Positions 35,200-46,900 of a stretch of 64,000 nucleotides of DNA are shown piece by piece. The DNA is taken from the NCBI GenBank assembly GCA_025201805.1, contig MU619241.1, positions 9,370 to 73,369 on the forward strand. The letters run 5' to 3'. Below the pieces are notes generated by a model that was not told where the DNA came from, searched no databases, and saw nothing but the letters and a program-made list of their open reading frames with translations. This DNA is from Parasitella parasitica NRRL 2501 (lineage: Eukaryota; Fungi; Mucoromycota). The first letter of the stretch is position 1. Each line of letters opens with the position of its first letter. The position numbers and the translations under genes were made by a program.

Positions 35200-35360
35200 C
35201 TTTTGTTAAAACTGATTGAAGAAGGAAAGACAGTGCATCCTCTCTGCATTTGAAGACCTGCTTCGGTGACTGGTTGTCCCTTCGCTCAAGTGTTTGTGGG
35301 GGGACCCTCACAACTGTTTTCTCTTCCTGATTACATATAGAACATCTTATTGCTCCCAAT

Positions 35361-35761
35361 ATGCTTCGTGCTTTAGGTATTGCAACGTAGGAGGGCAGCA
35401 AGAAATGTACAATTAAACAATCAAATTCTCAAATAGTCAGTTCCACATCTGCTTTGTTCATAAAGCCTTTAGCTCCTTTGGGTCAGTCTTCCAGAGGCAT
35501 GGCTAACAAATTGAAATCCCATTCTGGTGCAAAGAAAAGGTACAGTGTAATATCATTATCGATGCAATTGAAAAGTTGATCATATTTTTTAGGTTTTTCC
35601 CTACAGCTAATGGTAATTACAAGCGTTGGCAAGTCGGTCTTCGTCATTTGAACTCTGGCTTTTCTCCAGAGCGAACAAACAGACTGTCAAGAACAGTTTT
35701 CGTCGACAACACCCAGAAAAAAATGCTTAGAAAAGCATTGCCTTACTCTTGCTCAAAATAG
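35361..35761 (+). CDS. MRPL35: Mitochondrial ribosomal protein bL35m, 3 exons
   Basis: Spliced product: MLRALVSSTSALFIKP.. presequence, then NKLKSHSGAKKRFFPTANGNYKRWQVGLRHLN..KKMLRKALPY, matching the L35 signature KxKTHxGAxKRF. Confidence 0.88.
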
Positions 35762-36557
35762 ACGATCGATAATATGCTGATATAAATGTAAATAGCAATA
35801 TTAAAGAAGGTGTGCATCTTAATACTTATTGAAATGTTGGCATAGTATTGAACAATAGCATCTGTGTATCTTGATTACTCTATTGTTTGAGGCAATCAGT
35901 CATATTTTATCGGGATGCATTTCTCAATAATTCAATAAAAGAATATATATACCAATATACAGTCGACACTAATAAATGCACTAAAACGAAATTTACTTTT
36001 TTTCAAACAGACGAAATTTGCCAGCTCGATTTGTAAATGCCAATATATCTGTTCGACGACGGGAGGCGTGGTGCCCGTCTCTTCCCCACAACATCAAATT
36101 TGACCAACATTTGTGATCCTGACGTAGTAGGTTGTACAAAAATTTGGATAACAACAATATAAGCTTTACACGTTTAGTGATTAAGAAGTTTTAAAAATAA
36201 GGCATGCATGTTTATAGCACTATCTCACCTTTATCGACCAAGCACATGTGATATTATATATTAAGCTTGGTGACCATGCCTTTTTTCGCAACTTTTATCG
36301 ATAGTATTGCACATTACATATAGAGGGAGGATTAAGTGCTTGAACCCCGATCAATCTTAAAAATTAGGATCGGATCCCTACGCTAAACATTTGCAGAAAA
36401 GGAAAAAGCTAATAAGAGATAAAGAGCTTCTGCTATATGCCGCTTTAAATATATAAATGCAAATGACTGAATCTGTAGTTTTTGACACAGTAGACAGAAA
36501 ATATGTTGTCGATAGTAGTTATTTTACACGGATCCTTTTTTTTTTTTTTTTTTTTTT

Positions 36558-36567
36558 NNNNNNNNNN
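36558..36567. other. Assembly gap (10 N)
   Basis: N run after poly-T. Confidence 0.99.
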
Positions 36568-36746
36568 CGAGAATTCTTGGTTAGGCTAAAGCGAGCAATC
36601 ATATAAAACGGAGTTTTTCCATCATTATCTATCTGAGCAAGTTTAGATGCCATACAAATAGTATAAAAGGGATACCCTTTTGAATATATTTTGGAATGAT
36701 ACCATATTTGCTTTCTTCATGCATTTATAGTCAATCAAGCGAGAAA

Positions 36747-37398
36747 ATGGATCATTTACTCCCAACTGAAATCATAACAAACATCCTTGGTTACATGTCA
36801 ATCACTGACTTGGTTTGTATTGAGAGAGTCTGTCGCTCATTCCAGTCATTTTCTTTGTGTGAAATCGAAAAACGCATTATTAAATCCAATGATGAGTGGG
36901 GGGTTTTGGTAAATTGCATGCATTAATCTTCTGATCAGCCACTAACCAAGCATGTAGATACACTTGAGCCAAGTGTGCGCAAAGCCAACCAGGTTCGACA
37001 CTACAACAAAGAAAGCCTATTATTCGATACTGATGGATCCTGTGAAAGTAAAGACCATGTTTGATCATCGTCGTCCCATCCATTGTTCTCTACTTCGCAA
37101 AAGGACTCCAAGATTCCAATCATATAATCAAAATGGGTTTATCATCACAGTGGAAAAAGGAATGGGGGAAGGCAAAACATTGCAGTTGGATGTCAAAAAT
37201 GAAGTCTGTCAAGTTCATGCTGCTCTTACCAGGTTACCATCTTCCTTCAGCACCACTTTAGATTCATCATTGCGCGATGATCAAGCACAGAAACAGGAAA
37301 TATTGCCAGCAACAACCAAGATAATGGCCCCTCTCCCTTTAATATATACCCTTCAAATCACTGAATTAAGCTTGCCATTATCTACTATTGCTGCATAG
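36747..37398 (+). CDS. F-box domain protein, 2 exons
   Basis: N-terminal F-box MDHLLPTEIITNILGYMSITDLVCIERVCRSFQ. A GT-AG intron at ~36909-36957 joins it to the 36964-37398 ORF. Confidence 0.75.
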
Positions 37399-37725
37399 AT
37401 AATAAATATGTGGCAGTTGGTCCTTTTTTAGAAACCCTTTAGGGTTACCATGACGATTTCGTATAACTTGTGTATAGTATAAAGTATATCAGCTCTTTAA
37501 GGTGTTTACCATAAATGTATTGCTTGGTTTAATACGATCAGGTGTCACTCATTTCCACCCGTAAAAACTTTCTTTGCTTGCTTCTTGGGCCCCATCCTTC
37601 CAATAGACACTATTTAGCATTCAGTACACTGTTGAGCTACGGTATGCATCTGGTTAAAACTGCGACAGCTAAAATCTGGACACTTACGTGTATTGTCTTG
37701 CGGTTGCTTTTCAACACTTGCAATC

Positions 37726-38524
37726 ATGTCTAGTTATTTTGGTATGTAGTATAATCGTAATTAATTCAGTCATTGTTTGTAGTGATGCCCTCTTTAGATG
37801 AACTTGGGATTAGCTCTACTCAGAACAAAAAGAAGACGTACGATGTCGAGTTGGGTGCATTCATGGACCCTGACTCTGGATCAATTCTATCGCCAGACTC
37901 AAGCAGAAATAGAGGAGATTCTACGGCCAATGTGCAGCAATTGATACACGCAGCCAAGTAAAAGTGGTGTATATGCATAAGACGCTTTCTTTCTTACAAT
38001 ACATATATGATCTTAGTTTCTTCAGTCAATTCCGAGAACAGATGCAAGCAGGAGGTGATGCTGACCAAGAGCACTTTTTGGATAACCTAGTATCACAGCT
38101 ATTGGAGGAATCCCAAGGCAATGCAAAAGGGCCGCCACCAGCATCGAGACGGTTTATCGATACGTTACCCACTGTCAAGCAGAATACATTGGATAGGTAA
38201 GTCGCATCAGAAAGAAAAGAAGCTAGGTTAGTAATCTTTCTAGCTATTAGTGAGGAAACCTGTATTATTTGTAAAGACGGCTTGAAATTTAACGAGAGCT
38301 CGGTAACACGAATGCCATGGTGAGTTGCTGTTGCACACATTACATGATTATTTACTGTTTCAAAGCACTCACTACTGTTTAGTGGGCATTTGTTTGATCG
38401 TGAATGTATTGTGCCTTGGCTGGAGCTGCATCATACATGTCCCATGTGTCGATTTGAAGTAGAAACAGACGAGATGGCAAAGCAGCAAGAGGAAGAGGAG
38501 CAGAGAGGCTGGATGTATGGATAA
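37726..38524 (+). CDS. Small RING-H2-type E3 ligase (RNF181/YBR062C-like), multi-exon
   Basis: MSSYF|[29 protein letters not shown]|[31 protein letters not shown]. Confidence 0.85.
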
Positions 38525-39541
38525 CATAGTAATTGTGATCTTAAGCTGCTGGAGTCGCACATAACTGACTATTATATCGCACTATTTGTTGTTGAGATAT
38601 CATAATCAGTTTCATGAAATAAATCACCTCGTTGATCCACTAACTGATATATACTAAATGGCAGTACCTACTGCTGCTATTTCACGAAATACTCTATTTT
38701 CCCCATTCCACAGCGCAGCGTCTCCTGTGGAAATGCTTGCTTCCAGTAATGACAGTAAAATGTTCAACCATATAAAATGTAAAGCGACCATCTCAAATTC
38801 AGGGGCAAAAACAAACTTTTCTTTTGCAGGAGGTGCAATTATACTTGATTTATCGGAAGCAAATACCGAGTAAATAGTATTTTAATATATCCCCAAAATA
38901 CAGCAGCAGCTTTTTTACTGCTGCACAATTGACGCGTGCCATATGCCCATCCTTTAAGGTTTCTTGCCATATCTCGGGAATGCGGGGATGTTCCGTTTTG
39001 CTTGTGTGTACGGAATGGATGTGATACTTTGTCTTTATGCCTACATTACTGTTTCTCATGGATTCTTGTTTGTAAAATGTGCTTATATTAAAAAAGAAAA
39101 TATTTGTGCAATGGCTTCCATATTGCTATAGAGATGGCAAAAATCAGCTTTTTAACCTGCAAACATACAAGCACCAAAGCACATAATAACGTAGTAATGA
39201 AGAAGATTATTATAAATCAGACGGTGATACATTTTGCTATATATCAGTTGATCCACAGACCCCCCCCCCTCCTCTTCTTCATCTATCAAGCCATATCCTT
39301 ATTTTTCCCGCCAAAACACCCCCCATATTCTTTCTATGGGCTTAATGCAACCATTATGTTAAATATTGTAATGGACTGTATTTATACTTTTGATCTGTGT
39401 GTATAATAATATATGGATAGATGAATTTTTTTCTTTTGTTTATCTATTTGTTATTTGATCAGTATTTCTATCTATTTTTTTTCTTTCCTTCCTTCCATCT
39501 CTTTTTTCCCTTTCTTTACTACATTTTACTAAATCAACAGC

Positions 39542-40980
39542 ATGCCATCTTCAGATGATGATCAAAATGCCTCCAGGATTTTTGCTTGTCCTCAATGCCC
39601 TAAAAGTAAATCATGCTTTCCCTGAAAACAACAGCCGCTTAGCTTGTAACTAACATGCCTTTTTTTTTCTCTCTCTCTCTTCAGTCTTTGCTACTCGCTC
39701 GAATTTGTAAGTAAACTTGCCTACACCCCCCCCCTTTTTCTTCTCTCTTTCCCTTGAAAAATAAAACTAACTCGTCGGTAAAATAACCAGGAAGCGCCAC
39801 ATGGAAAACCCAAATATACACAACATACCTTACGTCCGAAGTCGCGATCAAAAACGATGGAAGGGCCACTCTAAAAAAGTTGTGTCAAAAGAAGAAACCA
39901 CAGAAAGGTAAAGCGCAAAAAATCAATCATGTAATAATTGTTGCATTGACAAATTTTCTGATCTGTTTCAGTAACAATGATAGAATGCGCAAATGGAGAG
40001 CAGAAAACAGAGAAAAAAATAGACAAAATGACTTGCGCTGCCGTGTATATCGTTTGGCACGCCAAAAGTACGGTGATCATGATTCCGCTGACAAACAAGC
40101 ATTTGTTAGGGAAGAAATTGCAAGAAGACTGGGTAGACGCATGATGATGGAAAGAAGAGAGTCCAATGGCTGGGTCCCACCTCTTCGCATGCGAGATTCT
40201 TTGCGCTTGATGAGCCCCGTTTTACAGTATTCGTCTTTATCCCCATCAGGCCCTACATCTCCAAGCAGCACTGCATCAACTACCAGTGATATCATTGAAT
40301 TGCCATTCTACAGCGCACCACAGCAAAAAATTGAATTGCCATCGATTGATAGATTTACTCGTACGAATTCGTGGTCTTCTTCTCCACCTGATTTCTCATC
40401 AGCCTCATCCAGCCCTGTACTTCCGCATCTGTCACCTTCATTACAACGTCGCACTAGCAGTAGCAGCATTAGTAGTGTCAGTAGTGTCACAAGTGACAGC
40501 CAAAATAACCACGACAACAACAACAAAAAGAGACGTCGATCATCTTCCCATCATTCGACTACTCCGGTGCCCACAGCGAAAAGAGCAGCTCACACATCAC
40601 AAACTGCAGTAGCACAAGAATCGGCACAGGAAGCATCAGCAATGTCATTTGTTAAAGTTGAAGGAAAGAAAGCAGGAGAAGCCAAAGATGACTTTTGTGT
40701 ACTACCATCTATGCATGCTTTCCTATCCTACAATGCAGCTTCATCACCTGCCTCTGCCTCTGCCTCTGCCTCTGCTGAACAACAACAACAACAAATTCAA
40801 CAACATCGTTATCAGCAGCAGCAGCAGCAGCAGCAGCAGCACCAGGAACAACAAGAACAATGTTGCATACCTACAGTTACTACAAAAGGTGGAATTAAAT
40901 ATGTCGATTCAAGCAAAATACTAGACGAATTCGTTGGCGTGGTTCTAAATTACGTTGATAATGCAACAGTAGCACAGTAA
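39542..40980 (+). CDS. C2H2 finger plus DUF3020-like domain protein, multi-exon
   Basis: Spliced finger FACPQCPKIFATRSNLKRHMENPNIH (22-nt exon 39685-39706), then RMRKWRAENREKNRQNDLRCRVYRLARQKYG (DUF3020-like), and a Ser-rich and polyQ tail. Confidence 0.78.
40779..40860 (+). repeat. CAA/CAG trinucleotide (polyQ) tract
   Basis: caacaacaa...cagcagcagcagcag in coding sequence. Confidence 0.9.
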
Positions 40981-42469
40981 ACAAACTATTATTGTAGCCA
41001 AACAAAAAACCAACTGCTGCTTACACATAAACAAAAACAAAGCCTTTATGTTTTCCATAATATCATTCCATTATACACTCATCAACTTCATCATTCATCA
41101 GCTTTTATTTCTTTGCCATCATCTAGTTTTTATTATACATACCATTTTTTTTCACGTACATTTAGTTAAATCACACATTAAAAAATGTTCTTTTACCATC
41201 ATTACAGACATGACAATTCAATGTTATAAATATAATGTTTATCAAACACAATTACTGCTGCTTTTGGTTTAGAATTTTTTTTTATAGTTCCACTTGGCAG
41301 CATGTTGATCATGCTTTAATATTTGTTTTCTAAATGTACATGGTGCAAATGAAGTAGTTCAATGAGGCATCCTTTATTTCATTCTAGGCGAAAGATCAGC
41401 GTGCCACCACTGAATTGCATCTGTTTCTCGAGCTTATTTTAGCATCATCTTGCTCAAGATTTGCACCACAATGTGGACCCCAGCAAAGCTAAATGATAGG
41501 GCAAGGAGAACTGTAAATATTTACCGGTTTCAACTTGAAGAGAAAGTTTACAAGACATTAGATAATCTTTAACAATATAGAAAGAGTTATCTTCAAGTTG
41601 GAGCGCTGATTCCTTCAACTATAAACATCGTATACTATTGTTAAGATGGTATGATGGGCAAGACCTTTATTGATCACAGAAGTCAACACAAGAGCGTAAC
41701 AAGAGTCTCATTTAGCTGGGAATTTGGGCAGCCATTAGAGTAAAAGGTTATAAAACGAGAGATTCTAGGCCGTATCTATTTTATATGACAATGGCAAGTA
41801 AAAATAATTTGCTAAATTGGTCATTTTTTGAAGCAAAGAAAGGGTTCATGCTCCTGTTTTCATTCTTGTCAAAATCAATTTTTTCCAAAGAAAATTTATG
41901 AATACAGGAATGTCATGGGCCGTAGAAGCAGTAATTGTTTTGCTATACCTACGGTAGCAGATGAATACAATTTTCAAAAGTGCGCTTTGGTTTATGTAAT
42001 TACTGCGTATACGCAAGTAAAGACAATATGTACCTGCTTTGCAACTACCAGAACGGTGGATAAAAGATCAAGCAACAATATATTCCTACCGTTCAATTTC
42101 ATGGATTACTATTTCTTGTTGTTATAATTTCGAAAAAATTCAGTTATCTGTATTTACAATAAATTATGCAATTATAATAAAAATACAACTTATCGGTACA
42201 ATTGTTGCTTACGATGTTTTATATACGAAATAGAGACAGGGAGCAGGATCCGATTATTTAAAGTAAATACCGAATGGTGAGTATGATTTTTGAAAATTAT
42301 CTTTGGTGAAACATTCAAAAAGCACTATATGAAAATGGAGACCCAGTTACTCAATTGATAGCAATTTGCGAAAAAGTATTGAAGATAGGTGCCATAGAAT
42401 AGGCTCAATTATTTTGAAAATAACACAGTGTCCTGCGTTTATATAATTCAAGGTGGTAAATGGCAAAAA

Positions 42470-43001
42470 CCTGTTTGTATGCCAATCCTTGAAATAGGCA
42501 CAGCAGGTGATTGATATGATAAATCAGGGAAAATAATAATAAGGATTGTCCATTTTACCAAATACAAAGCTAAATACTTCGCTGATTGATAGAAGCTGCC
42601 TATTTATATTGACTAAATCTGCTTGAATCAGCCACCAAACAGCAGTAATAATAATATGATCATAACTTGTGCTAAATGAACAGTAGAACCGAGATCGAGC
42701 TTTAAGAAAACATTATTGGGTGAAATCAATGCTATCAAGTAAATAAGACTTATAAATTTATTGGCAGAACACAGATTTCATACCAAAATTGCACATAAAC
42801 GCATGTAGGTTCTGGTAGAGATTAAAATTTGAATTGGTTTACGTATAGCTGATACTAGCACAATTTGGGTTGGACATTTTGTTGATTACTTCTATTTACT
42901 AGATAGAGTATTCAGTGACATTTAACCTTAGATCAGACTAGGAACGGTTGCCATGACAATTGAGTTGAGATTGTGATAACTGTGATATTCTATGGATACA
43001 G
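42470..43001 (+). mobile_element. Second copy of the dispersed repeat at 170-650, inverted
   Basis: Ends ...ccttagatcagactaggaacggttgccatgacaattgagttgag...attctatggatacag, the reverse complement of 170-283. Confidence 0.7.
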
Positions 43002-43420
43002 CATGTTTCACTCTCTCTGAATAATTTTGTAAACTGTTGGGTAATTCTTATAGTCTATTTACTTCAACTATAGTTGATTTTTTTCAACTAAAGGTTTATT
43101 GTAACTTCACAATGTGAGCGTAGTTAATGACCTCAGTTTAATGTGACAAAACCATCTTAATATAACAAAGGCATGAAATAATCAAAAAAAACACACTTTT
43201 TTCCCGTCATCTGTCTTGCCTCTAAATCTTTTAAACGGTCCACTTGCTTTATATTATATTAAGCTCAAACTAGTAAAAACACTGAATCAGTTGTTCTAAG
43301 CCGAGATCAATTAAGTTAAGCTGAGATCCCTACTAGATTTCTCATCATTTTTTTTTTTTTACTTTGTAAACTACTGAAAAAAAAAAGAGCATGATAGTTG
43401 GCCTCTACTACGATACTTGT

Positions 43421-43680
43421 CTAAACATAAGAATGACCAACAAAACCTTCAAAGTCACTCAGCTTTAAGCTATGGGATGCTTCGCCGATTCGTGTCATCA
43501 ACATCTCGTTTTCCAACGACCTATTGAGCCTAACTTTGCTCTTAACGATCGACCAAAACAGCTCAATACGATTGAGTTCAAAAGAGTATGACGAAAGGTA
43601 GGCATATCGATATCCTTGAGACTCGATATTTTTAGAAATATCTTTACCCTGGTGAATAGAAGCATGTAACTTTGATTTTG
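43421..43680 (-). mobile_element. Tc1/IS630 DDE transposase C-terminal fragment
   Basis: HASIHQGKDISKNIESQGYRYAYLSSYSFELNRIELFWSIVKSKVR..LENEMLMTRIGEAS is a decayed (N)APIH..RGYRCVYLPPYSPELNPIEQFW motif. Confidence 0.85.
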
Positions 43681-43958
43681 GCAAGCATGCGAATTCAGAA
43701 CAGGCGGGATACCATCTTAATCTTGGAAAAGAGTGTAGAAGCGAGTACTCCACTCATCTTGAAAAAAACGATGAAAAACCACCCTTTTGGCGTTGGGAAC
43801 GACTGCAAGTCAATCAGTCCTCGGTAAGAGCTGTGACATTGAGGCAACTCCGCATTGTGAGGAAAAAACGAAACATTTCAAAGAACTTTCCTTGTACTTT
43901 TAACCATTTCGATTAACCTCTTTGGTGAAAGACTTGAATAAAAAACAACAATAATAGT

Positions 43959-46900
43959 ATGAAGATTACAAGGGTTCCCAACAGAAAACCTGCTCCTTTG
44001 GTAGGGTCTTTTTTTTTTTTTTTTTTCTAATATTGTTAGGTTCCTGCAACAGCCGTCAAACACTTGGTTGAAGATGATCAAAATGATATAAAAATCTGGG
44101 TATTGCGATCCTGGCCTTTCCCTAGAGGCGATTTATTTCAATTTGTTGCTGTTTTAAATCGCTTCGACGCAATTTTGGCTACAACATGCCATGACTACCA
44201 ACTGTATGAAAATCAAATACAAAAGAAGCCCTTTTTGGTAGAAACTAAACAAATGTTGCTGGCTATATTGGAATTTTCAAAGATCTTATTTGAAAATTGT
44301 ACAAACAGAAACATTTACAATTCCTACGAGGTACAGTAAGAAAGACTCTTGAATAACGTCCTGTACTGATGTTTGATGTTAGCATTTAAATAATCTATTG
44401 AACACAACTGACATTGATATTTTGGAGGCTGTGTTACGACTCATGTTAAGACCAGCACAGCGCGTGAATAATCCTAAAGCAGTACAATCCAGTTTCTTGG
44501 CACATCAGGATAAAGTGACGGAATTAGCGAGAGGAGGATCCATCGCAGACTTAGCCTCGATGGAAACGACCAATGGCAATAGTAGGATTTGCATGTCGTT
44601 TTTCCGTACTAGCACAGGTGGAGAGACAAAAGAAGAGGAGGGCTTGCAGGCAATCAATATCAACGTTGCACCAAACCAAAGCACAGATGGAGAATTGTTT
44701 TGGAAACTTGTAGAGGAATACCAAGTGCCTAAGGAGAACCATTTTGAACTTTTGAATAGGGTTAGAATTGCAAATCATATGGCAGATGTCGCAATCCGTC
44801 AGCAGCTATTGATCATTCGGTTTACGTCAATAGTTATTATGGGTAAACATACAATGAGAAGGGCCATCACAATCACTAACTGGTCTAAATAGCTCACACT
44901 ATGTCTGAGACGATGGCACAAAATAGAGTCTTTATTTATGAGCCTCATCTAGTCTCTCAGATTGCTCAACTTGTATCTTATGACAACAATATTCCTGTAG
45001 ATATTCAAACTTATGCCTTGTATGCTTTGGACGGCATTGCCCGACACAAGGCAAAGGTGACCGAAGTTTTAGCTGCGTTCAATGCTTCCGCTAATCATGG
45101 AGTGCTACTTCACATCCTTCGTCGACTGCACCAACCTGCATCTGGCAAGTCATTTGTTCATCCAACCGTGTAGCCAGCTCTACTAACAAGTCTTGATAGT
45201 CTATACCGTCGACTTTTTGGACGCATTATTCGCTTTATTGACATTTTTAGTATCAACATCTGCCGGTGGGGCCATGCTCATGTCAGCAGGCATCATGTCG
45301 ACCTTAATTCAAGCCCTGGATCACACAAGCAGCTCAAATACAGTCTATAGAAAGGCTTTGATCAAAATGATTGGCTTATTAGATACGGTAATGAGCAACA
45401 TCAACACATCATTTTCGACATTCTGTAGCGCGAATGGATTGGAAGTACTACTCAGAGTGATTCAAGCCCAAGTAGACGAATGCATTGGCAGTAACCAACA
45501 GCCGCCCAACTACGATGCATTGACTCTTGTGAAAAATGCATTGAGATTTTTGATCCGCATGATGGAATCAAGCGACACGGCAGACGGCCTACGAAATCTG
45601 ATAGAATCGAGCATCCCGCACACGATCATGAAGGTCATGGAGCATCATCACATTTTTGGGCCCAGTGTATTCGCGCTCGTAACCAATGTGGCTACCACAT
45701 TCATCCATAACGAGCCAACATCACTTTCGGTATTGCAGGAGATCAAATTGCCGCAAACATTTTTAACAACATTTGCGACATTTGAGCAGCCCAATTTTGA
45801 AGTTTTGATGGCGGCTGTGCATTCGTTTGGCGCTATATGCCTAAATGATACAGGGTTAGACATGTTCAACCAGGCCAACCCACTGCCTCATTTTTTCAAG
45901 CTGATGACATCCTCCAGTTTTGTTACAAATGCATCAGATGTGGGCAATGCAATGTCCTTGGGTACCACCATGGACGAATTGATCAGACATCATCCCAGAT
46001 TGAAGGGACAAGTGTTCAGCTGCGCGAACCAATTACTGCAGCAAGTCATCGAAATTGGGCATTCGGAAAAGGGCAAGCCTTTGGACAACTGCCATGAATT
46101 GGTGTTTGAAAGAAAAGCACAAGATCCTCCTGCAGAAAGAGCAGAATGTCTATTGCTTGGATTTGTAGATCTAGTTGCAAGAGTAAGTGCAGCTGTCGGG
46201 TAACTTTTGCTCTAGTTTGTGTTGGGCTGACTCTGTCTGATGTAGTTTTTGGAAGGGTTCTTGCGAAATGTGGATAATGTCAAAGAATTTGTTAGATACG
46301 GTGGTCCAGAGTTGCTTTTGCGCTATTATTCGCTCCCAATGCTCCCCTACGACTTTTCTGTGTCAAACGCATTCGATTCTCTCGGTTTTGTGTTTCGTGT
46401 GATTGCAGATGTATCCCCAAATGCACTTTCCAAACTCATCGCAGCCACAGTCTATGAATCATCGCGATTCATCTTTACCGAACTAGACAACAGGAAATCT
46501 GTAGTGTATGACTACGCTGAAGCCAACGGTAAGCGATGACAGCACTGGAAGATTGTACTTGCGCATATTCATATTGCATGTATCACAGGAACTGACCAAC
46601 TGTCGCGAAAAGCAGGAAACGACATGTTTAGAAAATTTAGTGTATTATTTGGCTATATTGGATTGCTATCGACTATTTTTTCGTCTGCAATCTTGACAAG
46701 CAACAAATTTGCTGGGCGTTTGGTTGAATGGTGTGTTGAAAAGAACGACGAGTACAAGAGCATCGTTCAGTTACTTGGTGACATTCACCGGACCATGGTT
46801 TGGCAAAACATCTTGCTAAGAGACTCTGTTCCCAAATCATGGTACAGTACAACACAATTGCAGCAACAACAAGACGCCGATCCAAAGGATCCTCGAGTCA

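Noticed and set aside
38650-39060. Short open frames on both strands downstream of the RING gene
   Set aside because: No motif or coherent exon structure could be supported.
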